Source: a virus. Taken from it: a stretch of DNA of 28,616 nucleotides. The position numbers and the translations under genes were made by a program. The notes under the pieces were generated by a model. The model was not told the origin of the DNA, made no database searches, and was given only the letters and a program-made list of their open reading frames with translations. Of this stretch, positions 1 through 8,808 are shown in pieces. The DNA lies in the IMG/VR virus record IMGVR_UViG_3300044580_000224, positions 1 to 28,616 of that record. One strand, given 5' to 3'. The stretch's first letter is position 1. Each line of letters begins with the position of its first letter.

Positions 1-55
1 ATGCGTTTACTAATAGTAATTTCAGTGAAGTGTTGAGTTTACCTGTTTGCACGTA
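1..55. repeat. Terminal direct repeat, left copy, identical to 28562..28616. Indicates a circular or circularly permuted genome and is most likely assembler overlap.
   Basis: Read directly: atgcgtttactaatagtaatttcagtgaagtgttgagtttacctgtttgcacgta occurs at both ends, 55/55 identical. It lies inside a coding frame that is continuous across the junction. Confidence 0.95.
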
Positions 56-233
56 TATCGGGGATCATGCTTTTTATAGTAGTAATTTCACACAAATCAC
101 TATAGGAGCTAATGCCACACTGGAAGACAATTGCATCGGATATCACAGCACTGAATTCATACAGGACTACGCAGACAATGGACAGCTGGCTGGGACATAC
201 GTTTGGAACGGGCAACATTGGATTTATCAATAA
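1..233 (+). CDS. 3' end of the tail fibre / receptor-binding protein ORF that starts at 25846 and wraps the junction. The C-terminus is BspA-type leucine-rich-repeat-like.
   Basis: The frame of 25846..28616 continues without a stop into 1..233 (position 28562 = position 1), ending at TAA 231..233. The track's 67-aa ORF 30..233 is only an internal Met of this frame. The tail ...AFTNSNFSEVLSLPVCTYIGDHAFYSSNFTQITIGANATLEDNCIG...QLAGTYVWNGQHW resembles BspA-like LRR C-termini. Confidence 0.8.
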   Translation, partial: AFTNSNFSEVLSLPVCTYIGDHAFYSSNFTQITIGANATLEDNCIGYHSTEFIQDYADNGQLAGTYVWNGQHWIYQ

Positions 234-242
234 TTAACATAT

Positions 243-2648
243 ATGGCTAAAGATATAATTTTTAAAGCGAAACTCGACACGCAAGGTGCAGTGCGTGACG
301 CGAAAAATCTTGGACAGCAAATAAATCAGAGTTTTCAAGATACAAGCGGTGCAGATAAACTCTCACAAAAGTTAGCTGAACTTAATAAAAATATGGACGA
401 AGGTAACTTGTCTATAAGGCAGTATAGGACTGCTATAAAGGAGTATCAGCAAATCGCACAGGAAGCTGGTTTGCAATCTCCAATTGGCAAAGAGGCGATT
501 GAAAGGGCTGCTAGGCTAAAAGACATTTACTCGGATATGCAACAGCAAGTTCAGCAGCTTTCGCAAGATCACAGAAAAATGAACGTTGCTATGCAAGGCG
601 TGAACGTGGCTGTAAACAGCTACCAAGCGTTTACAGGTGTGATGGGGCTTTTAGGGGGTGAGAGCGAAAAATATCTGCAGATTATGTCTAAAATGATGAT
701 AGTGCAGCAAAGCTATAATGCTATAATGCAGATTACGCAAGCGTTTGAAAAACAGACGTTGCTAGGTTACTACGCACGTATAGCAGCTACAAAAATATTA
801 ACAGCAGTTACAGCAAGTTATAATGCGGTTGTAGGCACCTCTACGGGCGTTATGAAGGCATTCAGAGTAGCTTTGGCGAGCACTGGAATAGGGCTCATAG
901 TCGTGGCTTTGGGGCTACTGATATCTAATTTCGATAAAGTTATTGAAGTAGTAAAAAAAGTTATTAACTGGTTTGGAGATTTTTTCAAGGCAGCTGGAGC
1001 GTTTTATGGTGGTATCTTTAAAGGAAATAAAGATTTAGAAAAAAGCAACGAAGACGTGGAAAAAAGCGAGCGCAAGCTAGCTAGAGAACAAAAAAAAGCT
1101 TTGAGAGAGCGGGAGAGAGAGAGTAAAAGAGTTCATAGAGAGTTGAAAAAAATTGAAAAAGAATATACAGAAGCACTAAAAGAAAATGAAGATGAGTATG
1201 AAAAAGAACTACTAAAACTTACGTTGAGTAATGCTAGCACTATTGAGAAAAATAATGCTTTGATGGATAAACTTAACAAAGACTACGAAGCTAAAATAAA
1301 TTATTTATTTGCTATACAGCAGAAATTTACAGATGAAAGTGGCAAATGGACTAATAAGATGGCTGAAATTACTTTTAGAAACTTACAAAGAGAAGCTGAA
1401 AAGACACAAGCGAAGATAAAAGCACTAGAGCAGCAAAACGAAGCTATAGAAAAATCTGAAGCAGACAGGCAAAAGGCTGAAGAGGATTTAGCAGAGCGAA
1501 GGCGTGAAGCTGCACAGAAGGAGAAAGAGCGTTTACAAAAATTAGCAGACGACTATGATAACTTTACAAAACAGATAAACGAAACTATAAAAAGCAGCAA
1601 TGAAGCTATAGAGGAAATGAACTTGCAGAAGGAGCTGTCTGATTTAGACACGTTTAGCAGGATTGAAAAAATGCGAAACGTAGATTTAATGGGTGTTGAG
1701 GAGTGGTATCTAGAACAGTTAAAATTTTTAGAGCAGTATAAAAATGATAAAGCTAGATATAATGCAGCTTTGATAGAACTAGAGCAAGCTAGAGTTAACA
1801 GACAAGCTGAGATTAATGTAAAATATGATTTAGAGCTATTAGCTGCAAAAGAGCAGTTCGAAGAAAATTATAAAAAATTTATTGAAGACAAGGAAAAAGA
1901 AAAATCACAAATTTACTTACAAAGTTTAAAGGATAGAGGCGATAATGAGCTATATATAGAAGAAAGTTATAGACTAAAAGAGCAAGAAATTAGACAAAAC
2001 TATGAAGAGTTGTTAAAAGAGGCTGAAGCTGCGAAGGATAGTGAACGTTTGACAAACTTACAATCTATGCTGCAAGCTGAATTAGACATGCTTACACAAA
2101 ATAAAGAAGCTGAAATACAGATGAATTTAGAAGCTGAAAAAAAGATGGCAGAAGATTCTTTAAAAATCAAGCGAGACAGCATGCGAGAGCAAAGCTTTAT
2201 AATGATAGACGCTTTATCGCAGATTTTTAATAACATGTCGCAGCTTTCAGAAAAAAATGCACGACAGCAAAAGACTTTTGCATACATATCTTTAGCTTTA
2301 TCGCAAGCAAAGGCGATGGGTGAAGCCATCTACGGTGCGATGAAGATGATGAACGAACTACCAGCAGATCCTATCTCCAAAATTGCTTTTTTTGTGGGCA
2401 CTTTGGCTACGTTTATGGGTATTATTACATCGACTATCATGCAGGCAAGACAAATAGCAAATTCGGGAAATATAGGTGCAGGAGGTGGCATAAATCCTGC
2501 TCTCACAAACAACGTAAATCAGAACTATAATGCAGTGCAGGAAAATAAAGCTACTGAAGCACCTCCCCAACGGGTCTACGTGCTCGAAAGTGACATTACG
2601 TCTACCCAAGATAGAATTCGTAGAATAAATGTAAATCAAATTTTATGA
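243..2648 (+). CDS. Tape-measure-like protein (801 aa): long coiled coil flanked by hydrophobic/Gly-rich segments.
   Basis: ATG at 243. It is the largest alpha-helical K/E/Q-rich ORF. Hydrophobic clusters occur near aa 115-235 (AMQGVNVAVNSYQAFTGVMGLLGG...GIGLIVVALGLLISNF) and aa 680-740 (FAYISLALSQAKAMGEAIYG...FFVGTLATFMGIITSTIM). It sits in the tail module next to the fibre gene. No homology search was possible. Confidence 0.5.
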   Translation: MAKDIIFKAKLDTQGAVRDAKNLGQQINQSFQDTSGADKLSQKLAELNKNMDEGNLSIRQYRTAIKEYQQIAQEAGLQSPIGKEAIERAARLKDIYSDMQQQVQQLSQDHRKMNVAMQGVNVAVNSYQAFTGVMGLLGGESEKYLQIMSKMMIVQQSYNAIMQITQAFEKQTLLGYYARIAATKILTAVTASYNAVVGTSTGVMKAFRVALASTGIGLIVVALGLLISNFDKVIEVVKKVINWFGDFFKAAGAFYGGIFKGNKDLEKSNEDVEKSERKLAREQKKALRERERESKRVHRELKKIEKEYTEALKENEDEYEKELLKLTLSNASTIEKNNALMDKLNKDYEAKINYLFAIQQKFTDESGKWTNKMAEITFRNLQREAEKTQAKIKALEQQNEAIEKSEADRQKAEEDLAERRREAAQKEKERLQKLADDYDNFTKQINETIKSSNEAIEEMNLQKELSDLDTFSRIEKMRNVDLMGVEEWYLEQLKFLEQYKNDKARYNAALIELEQARVNRQAEINVKYDLELLAAKEQFEENYKKFIEDKEKEKSQIYLQSLKDRGDNELYIEESYRLKEQEIRQNYEELLKEAEAAKDSERLTNLQSMLQAELDMLTQNKEAEIQMNLEAEKKMAEDSLKIKRDSMREQSFIMIDALSQIFNNMSQLSEKNARQQKTFAYISLALSQAKAMGEAIYGAMKMMNELPADPISKIAFFVGTLATFMGIITSTIMQARQIANSGNIGAGGGINPALTNNVNQNYNAVQENKATEAPPQRVYVLESDITSTQDRIRRINVNQIL

Positions 2649-2899
2649 AAAGTATATATATTTATTTTAAAGACGAAATGGTAGATATTTATTATAAAGA
2701 TAACGAAAAAAATCTACATACATCTATAAATTTATACACTAATAGCGAGAAAATTCGAGAAGATTTTCGGATGAATTTATTAGAAAAATATTGGGATAAG
2801 ATAGAAATAGCGGATTTAAAAGATTTGAAAAGTATAGTTAAAAGTAGCTTTGTGCAAGTTTTCACAAAATATTGTGAAAATTTTGATAAAAATGATTAA
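2645..2899 (+). CDS. Hypothetical protein (84 aa)
   Basis: ATGA overlap with the upstream stop, same strand, no competing ORF. Confidence 0.6.
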   Translation: MKSIYIYFKDEMVDIYYKDNEKNLHTSINLYTNSEKIREDFRMNLLEKYWDKIEIADLKDLKSIVKSSFVQVFTKYCENFDKND

Positions 2900-2938
2900 T
2901 TAATAAAAAAATTACGTATATTTGTGAAAAATTATTAT

Positions 2939-3898
2939 ATGGACGTTTATAAAATAGACGAAACGAAGGAAATAGAGATGATAGTAAACTCCTTTGTCTC
3001 CGAACCAGCGACGGAGAAGGAGTGGTTATACTTTTCTGATGCTAAAAAGCGGTTGGATTTTTATGATACTGAAAAGCAGATGGTTACAAGTGTGGTTATG
3101 CTAGCTAATACTCCGATTTACAGAAACGACGACGGTTACGAATATATGCTAGTGTTTACTGCAGAAGCGATAGAAAAAATGGCATATGATTATTTTGGCA
3201 AAAACGGGTTTAACAAAATTTCTATAAACCACGATGGGAGCGTGATAGAAGGCAGTGCTATACTATTAGAAAGTTACTTCGTAGATGATAACAAGCGAGC
3301 TCCCGAAAAATTTGGCGTTTTGCCAAAGGGCACGTGGATAGTGAGTTACAAGGTAGTGGATAAAAAAATTTGGGATATGATAAAAAATAAAAAATTGCGA
3401 GGATTTAGTATAGAAGTATTAGCAGATTTGAAAAAGTTAAAGTTAAAATATAAAAACAATAAAAACAAAAAGGATATGGAAAAAGAAAAAAACAAACAAA
3501 AACAACAATTTACTGATGCAGTTACGGATCAAGGCGTGAACGTAACTTTCGAGGCTCTCGAAGTCGGGCAATTAATCTACTCTGTAGCGGAAGATGGAAC
3601 AGAAGTTTTACTCGAAGCAGGCACGTATCTAATTAACTACGAAGGTAGTGTATACGAAGTAGTTGTAGACGAGAACGGCACTATGACAGCGATTAATCAA
3701 GTGTCTGAAAACAAGGCAGATAGCGACTTTGCGAGCGAATTCAAAAAACTGCAAGAGCGATTAGAAGCTATAGAGAAAAAATTAGAAAACTTTACTTCTC
3801 ACAAAGCCACTGCACAAGCGAGAAAGCAACAACCATTAACAACCGATGGCTCTAGTGCAGAGCGGGTGCATTTTTCACAAATTAAAGTAAAATTATAA
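2939..3898 (+). CDS. XkdF-like prohead serine protease domain fused to a coiled-coil scaffold-like C-terminal half.
   Basis: Matches the XkdF (Peptidase_S78_2) pattern: AEAIEKMAYDYF...ISINHDG...LLESYFV...KGTWIVSYKVVDKKIWDMIKNKKLRGFSIE. This is followed by a K/N-rich linker (KKLKLKYKNNKNKKDMEKEKNKQKQQ) and a coiled coil (FKKLQERLEAIEKKLENF). The track start at 2924 is GTG and overlaps a TATATTTG -7 box (2917..2924), so the ATG at 2939 is preferred. Confidence 0.8.
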   Translation: MDVYKIDETKEIEMIVNSFVSEPATEKEWLYFSDAKKRLDFYDTEKQMVTSVVMLANTPIYRNDDGYEYMLVFTAEAIEKMAYDYFGKNGFNKISINHDGSVIEGSAILLESYFVDDNKRAPEKFGVLPKGTWIVSYKVVDKKIWDMIKNKKLRGFSIEVLADLKKLKLKYKNNKNKKDMEKEKNKQKQQFTDAVTDQGVNVTFEALEVGQLIYSVAEDGTEVLLEAGTYLINYEGSVYEVVVDENGTMTAINQVSENKADSDFASEFKKLQERLEAIEKKLENFTSHKATAQARKQQPLTTDGSSAERVHFSQIKVKL

Positions 3899-3916
3899 AC
3901 AAAAAGGAGGTATAAA

Positions 3917-4891
3917 ATGAATAGTTATCAATTTACGATTAACAAGAAACTTTCTACTATAAAGGTAGGAGAAAATAAGTTTAAATTTGCGATAGACAAA
4001 AGCGGAGCTACAACTATAAATATTACACAAGACAAAATCGAAGATGTGATTTATAGTGTATTCGATAACAGCGAATATTTAGATTTAGTTCGTATAATTA
4101 CGAACATTAAAGGCACACAACAAGTTCCAAAAATTTTCTTGCAAGGCACTGGTGGAGTGGGAAACGGGCTTGTAGACTCGCAAGGTTGCGGTTTTGTAGA
4201 TACAACTGATTTAGTTTTAACCGACGTTCCCATATCGGTTACCAAAAAAAGAATGGGGTTGGAGCTATGTTTAGACGACCTTGTAAATACTACACTCGAA
4301 GTGCACATTTCGAACGGTGCACGCAATGAAAGTTTAGATATAGAAGATGCTTTACTAGCTTACTTTGCACAAGTTTTACGAAAAAATATACAAAATTACG
4401 TTTTTGCAGATAGCACGGACGGAATTTTGAATAAAATTTTGACTGATGGCACTGCTGTAACACCGACAGCGACTTCGAATCTTGGAATTTTAATGGAATT
4501 GTTCGAGGCTTTACCAGCTAATTGGAAAAATTCTACTGAAGCTAATCCTATAATTTTTATTAGTCCAAATTTGATGACAGGTGTGCGTTCAGAAATAATT
4601 AGCTCTAGTGCTCCTATAACTTCTAGTATAGAGGTTGTTAACAATAGGTTTAATCTGCCTCTAACCAACGCCGTTGTGGTAGCCACTCCTTATTTGACTG
4701 GAACCAGCGCCGTTGCTGGTATACAGAATTATCTGTTTTTAGGAACCGACTTGGAAAGCGACTTTGAAGACACTAGAATTTGGTATTCGAACGACAACGA
4801 AACTATAAGATTTTCTGCTATGCTGTATCTAGGCACTGCTGTAGCGGATATTACAGACTTCGCAACTTACGTAAATACAGTTACACCATAA
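3917..4891 (+). CDS. Major capsid protein (putative)
   Basis: Lies immediately downstream of the protease/scaffold gene. It has a perfect SD AGGAGG (3905..3910) 6 nt before the ATG, 324 aa, and belongs to the unit closed by the terminator at 5460. The assignment rests on position and expression signals. Confidence 0.65.
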   Translation: MNSYQFTINKKLSTIKVGENKFKFAIDKSGATTINITQDKIEDVIYSVFDNSEYLDLVRIITNIKGTQQVPKIFLQGTGGVGNGLVDSQGCGFVDTTDLVLTDVPISVTKKRMGLELCLDDLVNTTLEVHISNGARNESLDIEDALLAYFAQVLRKNIQNYVFADSTDGILNKILTDGTAVTPTATSNLGILMELFEALPANWKNSTEANPIIFISPNLMTGVRSEIISSSAPITSSIEVVNNRFNLPLTNAVVVATPYLTGTSAVAGIQNYLFLGTDLESDFEDTRIWYSNDNETIRFSAMLYLGTAVADITDFATYVNTVTP

Positions 4892-4914
4892 TTTTTAAAA
4901 AGAAAGGAGGGAAT

Positions 4915-5436
4915 ATGCCTTGTAAATTAACCAATGGGATTAGATTAAAGGATTGCGACACACCTGGAGGCGTGTCTGAATCTTACTTTATCAATATAGA
5001 GGATGTTGATACCTTGACTGTAACTGACTTTCAAGTAAGTGCTTTGACTTTAAAAAGCACTGCAACTGCATATAAGATAGCATTCGAACCGCAAACTTCG
5101 AATTTTGCTAGTAATGCTGTTGGCAGTGTGGAAAATTCTAGTGCAGCTTACGAACAAACTTGCGAAATTAAGATAAATAAGATAGATAACAACGTGCTAG
5201 AACAGATAGATGCTCTAACAAAAGGTAGACATATGGTTATAGTTAAGAAAGCCGATAGCACCTACGAACTATACTTCCACGAAGGTGGAGCCAAGTTTTT
5301 TTCTAATTACACAACCGGCACTGCTTTCGAAGACCCATCTGGTGTAACTTTAACAGCTACGCACCGACAGCCTTCAAACATGCTAATCGTATCTGCTACT
5401 GTTATAGCTACTTTGACTATAGCAGAAGAGAGTTAA
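4915..5436 (+). CDS. Major tail (tube) protein (putative, 173 aa)
   Basis: ATG at 4915 is preceded by AAAGGAGGG. The track's start at 4780 lies inside the capsid gene and has no signal. The product is small, Thr/Ser/Gly-rich and looks beta-rich (GGVSESYFINIEDVDTLTV...YELYFHEGGAKF...TGTAFEDPSGVTLT), typical of siphovirus tube proteins. A strong terminator follows. Confidence 0.5.
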   Translation: MPCKLTNGIRLKDCDTPGGVSESYFINIEDVDTLTVTDFQVSALTLKSTATAYKIAFEPQTSNFASNAVGSVENSSAAYEQTCEIKINKIDNNVLEQIDALTKGRHMVIVKKADSTYELYFHEGGAKFFSNYTTGTAFEDPSGVTLTATHRQPSNMLIVSATVIATLTIAEES

Positions 5437-5459
5437 CAAATATAAAAAATAAAAAAATC

Positions 5460-5481
5460 AAGGGGGTGCAAGCCCCTTTTT
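5460..5481 (+). terminator. Rho-independent terminator (GCAA-loop hairpin plus T-run)
   Basis: AAGGGGGT-GCAA-GCCCCTT followed by TTT, located just after the tail tube gene. Confidence 0.75.
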
Positions 5482-5492
5482 AATAAAGTAAT

Positions 5493-7178
5493 ATGGAAGA
5501 GATAAAATTAGAGATAAACATACCCAAAAGTTCGATAAAAAATACTTCGGGAAATACTATTAAATGGGGAGATAATGATAGCTACCCATATTTTTTAAAT
5601 TATCTGTTCATAAACTCTGGAATGCATCAGGGTATAATAAATGGCAAAATAAACTATATATATAGTGGGGGATTGAAGGGCGTTGAAGCTAATGGTTTTT
5701 ACTTTTTAGATGATATAAATGAAATAGTAAAAAAACTTATAAAAGACTACGAAATTTTTAACGGCTTTGCACTAAAATTCGAACGTTTCGAAGGTATCTT
5801 AAAAGCAGACTACATCAGTGTTGCAAACTTGCGAGTAATGAAAGATGGTAATTATGCATACTGCGAAAATTGGAAAAGCAAAGATAGTGTGGTTTATTAC
5901 TCTAATTTTTTTGATGAAAACTGGGATACAGCAGTAGCGTTTTTTGGACTAGACCCATTTGTGCTAACAGACGAGAGCAGCGAAACTTCGATTAATAACT
6001 ACCCAGTGCCAATTTACAACTCAGCTATACCTTCAATTTTGACAGATATAGCGATTAAAAACTACAATCTGGGGGAGATTTATAACGGTTTTAAAGCGAG
6101 CTCGATTATTGATATAATCGCAGGTAGAAAATTAGATGATGAACAAAAAAAAGCATATATCAACGACATTAAAAAATCTATTTATCAAAAAAATAATTGG
6201 GGTGCAGCTTACATAAATTTTACAGAAGAGGGCACTGAGTCTTCGATAGCCGTGCATCCCGTTCCACAAACGGACATGGTAGATAGGTATAATGCCGTCT
6301 GGGAAGCGGTTAAAGAGGATATCTTAATATCTCACCAAATCACAAATCCACTGTTGGTGGGCATTAAAACACCAGGCCAGCTTGGTGGAGCAACAGAGCT
6401 TGCAACCAGCTTTGATATTTTTAGAAGTCAATATATCTTACCTCGCCGCAAATATTTATTAGATTGTCTAAAAAATATAGGCATTAGTATCCAAATAGAT
6501 GAAATTTTACCAAATTTTTTAAAAAATTCTACTACTAATTATGCTTTTAGTAGTGAAAAAGAGTTTGTTGAAGATGAAAACGTAGATTTTATCATAGATT
6601 TGTTTAGTAAAACAGGTAAAAATATAGATGATACAGTAAAAATAGTATATGAACAGGAGCTAAATGAGGATGGAACAGGTGGAATTGAGGATTTTGAGGT
6701 AGCAAAATATCTTAATTTTGCACAAAATTTAAGCTATAATGACTACGTAATATTAAATGCTATAAACGAAAAGGCAAATTTACTAGGAATAATAGACGAA
6801 TTAGGTATTTCTAAAGATAGATTAAACAAAAGTTTAGAAATTTTGGAGCAAAACGGCTATATAAAAGGCTTTGACATAACCAGGAATGGTAAAAATATCT
6901 TAAAAAATACAAATATACAGGTTGTAAGAACTTACTATAAATACACCGTGAAACCTGGCTTTGGAGAGCCGATTATACCTACGTCTCGCAAATTTTGTAA
7001 ACAAATGATTAGATTAAATAGGCTTTACACTAAAAAGGAAATAGATACCATATCAGCAAGAGCAGGGCTGGATGTGTGGTTGTATCGAGGGGGTATGTTA
7101 AGATGGGGAGATAAAGTCTATCCCTGGTGCAGACACTATTGGCACCAAGTTTTTGTTTTAGAACCGATAAATCAATAA
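5493..7178 (+). CDS. Portal protein (putative) with a C-terminal wHTH-like segment and a Mu F / SPP1 gp7-like Cys motif.
   Basis: It is the only ORF of portal size (561 aa) in the virion module. The central segment ...ITNPLLVGIKTPGQLGGATELATSFDIFRSQYILPRR resembles portal core motifs. The C-terminus ...PTSRKFCKQMIRLNRLYTKKEI...YPWCRHYWHQVFV resembles the head-morphogenesis (Mu F) C..C / CRC signature. Confidence 0.55.
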   Translation: MEEIKLEINIPKSSIKNTSGNTIKWGDNDSYPYFLNYLFINSGMHQGIINGKINYIYSGGLKGVEANGFYFLDDINEIVKKLIKDYEIFNGFALKFERFEGILKADYISVANLRVMKDGNYAYCENWKSKDSVVYYSNFFDENWDTAVAFFGLDPFVLTDESSETSINNYPVPIYNSAIPSILTDIAIKNYNLGEIYNGFKASSIIDIIAGRKLDDEQKKAYINDIKKSIYQKNNWGAAYINFTEEGTESSIAVHPVPQTDMVDRYNAVWEAVKEDILISHQITNPLLVGIKTPGQLGGATELATSFDIFRSQYILPRRKYLLDCLKNIGISIQIDEILPNFLKNSTTNYAFSSEKEFVEDENVDFIIDLFSKTGKNIDDTVKIVYEQELNEDGTGGIEDFEVAKYLNFAQNLSYNDYVILNAINEKANLLGIIDELGISKDRLNKSLEILEQNGYIKGFDITRNGKNILKNTNIQVVRTYYKYTVKPGFGEPIIPTSRKFCKQMIRLNRLYTKKEIDTISARAGLDVWLYRGGMLRWGDKVYPWCRHYWHQVFVLEPINQ

Positions 7179-7184
7179 AAAATT

Positions 7185-7646
7185 ATGACATTCGAGGATT
7201 TATTTACGATAGACGACATAAAAGCAACGTCGATAATGCAAAAAAACATAAACGATGATGTTATATCTTCGTTGTTGAGCGTTGTGAAAGCGATAGAATT
7301 TTTGCCAATATTCCAGGAAGGCTTCTGGTCTGACTTTTTGAGTAGATGGACTAATGGAACGCAGACTACAGCTGACATACAGTTAAGATATTTGATGTTA
7401 CAGTACATTACAAGCTGTATAGAGTATCGTGCTGTAACTACTCTATCGTATCAGATTAGAGCAGCAGGGGTTTTGTCTATGAATGCAGAAAATGCAGTTA
7501 AAGTAACTGATAGTGAGCGTATTAGCTTACTTAATCAGTTGAACAGCGATAAAGAATTCTATAAAAGTCAAATGCTAAAATTTATTCAAGATAATTATTA
7601 TACACACGTAAATAGCAAAGCATATAAAAACTTTCAAATATTATGA
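7185..7646 (+). CDS. Hypothetical virion protein, possibly a head-tail connector (153 aa)
   Basis: Directly follows the portal on the same strand. The call is positional only. Confidence 0.55.
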   Translation: MTFEDLFTIDDIKATSIMQKNINDDVISSLLSVVKAIEFLPIFQEGFWSDFLSRWTNGTQTTADIQLRYLMLQYITSCIEYRAVTTLSYQIRAAGVLSMNAENAVKVTDSERISLLNQLNSDKEFYKSQMLKFIQDNYYTHVNSKAYKNFQIL

Positions 7647-8074
7647 ATTTTAAAGAATTTTTAGATAGTATAGATACCTTTTTGAATGACGAAGGATTGT
7701 TTGAAAGTCATTATTATGGCTATGTAAATAATGTTTTTGCTGAAAAAGAATTGAAATATCCTATGATGGTGTATCATACAGATGCTATAAATCATAGTAT
7801 ATTAGAGAATTCTATCACGAATTTAAAATTTAATTTTTTTGCTTTTGATAAGCTAAAAACTGATAATAGTAATGTCATAGAAGTGCAAGATGATTTGTTA
7901 AAAAGACTTATTTATCTACAATTTTATCTAAAACGTGTGCATTATGCTACTAATTTTAACTTAACAGCCGTGAGTGACGAGGCATACAGTGAAAAAATTA
8001 CAGGGTGGATATTGAATTGTGAAGTGAAGTTAGATACAAGTTTAAACAGTTGTGAAGATTTAAAAATAATATAA
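7643..8074 (+). CDS. Hypothetical virion protein (143 aa)
   Basis: ATGA overlap with the upstream gene. The call is positional only. Confidence 0.55.
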   Translation: MNFKEFLDSIDTFLNDEGLFESHYYGYVNNVFAEKELKYPMMVYHTDAINHSILENSITNLKFNFFAFDKLKTDNSNVIEVQDDLLKRLIYLQFYLKRVHYATNFNLTAVSDEAYSEKITGWILNCEVKLDTSLNSCEDLKII

Positions 8075-8079
8075 AAAAT

Positions 8080-8307
8080 ATGGAATTCAACTTCAATATT
8101 TCTGAATTAGTCTCTATAATAGCCTTGTTGGTGGCTATTATAGGCGGTTACGTAAACATTAAAATTCAAATTACAAAACTGGTAGAGGAGAATAAAACTC
8201 TAACAGAAAAAATTAATAATTTAGACAAAAAGCTGTCTGAAATTTGCAAAAAAGTAGATAGAATAAAGATAATATTAGCTAAAGAAGGATTAAACGGCAA
8301 TGAATGA
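8080..8307 (+). CDS. Small membrane protein: one TM helix plus a coiled coil (holin/antiholin-like)
   Basis: TM segment LVSIIALLVAIIGGYVNIKI followed by a charged coiled coil. Lies upstream of the endolysin. Confidence 0.5.
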   Translation: MEFNFNISELVSIIALLVAIIGGYVNIKIQITKLVEENKTLTEKINNLDKKLSEICKKVDRIKIILAKEGLNGNE

Positions 8308-8602
8308 ATATATAAAATTAATAATTGATAACTTGGATGTAAGTTATCTATGTAGTGTTATGTTATTAGGATATATGATAACAAAAAGTAGGTTATCTAC
8401 AAAAATTAAGATAAAAACAAGGTGGATAATACTATTAATCGGAATAATAGTGGCAATATTCTATTATTTTGTTATAAAGATACGATTAGACGTTTTATTT
8501 TTTAGTTTTGTAACAGCGCAGTTTTTGAACTTATATGTAAGCGAGTATTTAATAGACTATCTTATAAAAAAATTAGGTAGTTTAACTAAAAAAATAAACT
8601 AA
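8300..8602 (+). CDS. Three-TM small membrane protein (holin candidate)
   Basis: Hydrophobic segments SYLCSVMLLGYMI, WIILLIGIIVAIFYYFVI and VLFFSFVTAQFLNLYV with a charged C-terminus. Overlaps the upstream gene by 8 nt. Confidence 0.5.
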   Translation: MNEYIKLIIDNLDVSYLCSVMLLGYMITKSRLSTKIKIKTRWIILLIGIIVAIFYYFVIKIRLDVLFFSFVTAQFLNLYVSEYLIDYLIKKLGSLTKKIN

Positions 8603-8638
8603 AAAAGAAAAAAATATTTGCAAAAAAGTAAAAAAAAA

Positions 8639-8670
8639 TTTGGTTAATATAAAAATTTGTTGTATATTTG
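8639..8670 (+). promoter_or_regulatory. Bacteroidota-type sigma-A promoter (TTTG-N20-TATATTTG)
   Basis: TTTG at 8639..8642 and TATATTTG at 8663..8670. The 17-mer TTGTTGTATATTTGTAA is repeated at 11362..11378. Confidence 0.6.
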
Positions 8671-8808
8671 TAAAAAAATTATGAGAAAATATACTGATAT
8701 TTTAGTTGAACAGTTACATAAAGAATTTAGCAGTTAATCGCACCATAAGGAATTGAAATACTAAATTCTACTTAGTTGTTTTCATAATTTTATTTTTCAG
8801 GGTTAGAC

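Noticed and set aside
1-55. The 55-nt terminal repeat considered as true physical direct terminal repeats (DTR) of the virion DNA
   Set aside because: It is very short, matches the overlap length assemblers typically leave on circular contigs, and falls in the middle of a gene. It cannot be excluded without read-end data, but I treat it as a circularisation artefact.
39-230. A 63-aa minus-strand ORF at the window start, and the 67-aa plus-strand ORF 30..233 read as an independent gene
   Set aside because: Both lie inside the wrapped 982-codon fibre ORF. The plus-strand ORF is just an internal Met of that frame, and the minus-strand ORF is an antisense shadow with no start signals.
2000-2639. 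Minus-strand ORFs 2000..2329, 2330..2512 and 2358..2639
   Set aside because: They are antisense to the 801-aa coiled-coil gene. Their products are Cys/Phe/Ser-rich and low-complexity, typical of shadow frames of K/E-rich genes. Every supported gene is on the + strand.
2924-2938. Non-ATG track starts: GTG 2924, TTG 8898, GTG 9535, TTG 23392 and TTG 24239
   Set aside because: Each has an in-frame ATG a few codons downstream in the genome's usual A-rich context, and several of the upstream starts overlap TAnnTTTG promoter boxes. The 24239 case is kept open only as a possible frameshift extension.
4051-4686. Minus-strand ORFs 4051..4326 and 4396..4686 inside the capsid gene. Similar antisense ORFs occur at 7172..7408, 14418..14777, 15121..15360, 20740..20985, 21485..21724, 24579..24940, 25924..26121, 27403..27741 and 28041..28271.
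   Set aside because: All are fully embedded antisense to well-supported + strand genes. None has promoter or RBS signals, and the genome is otherwise strictly unidirectional.
4780-4914. The track's upstream start (4780) for the tail tube gene
   Set aside because: It would overlap the capsid gene by 112 nt and add an implausible Arg/Cys/Tyr-rich leader. ATG 4915 has a strong AAAGGAGGG RBS.
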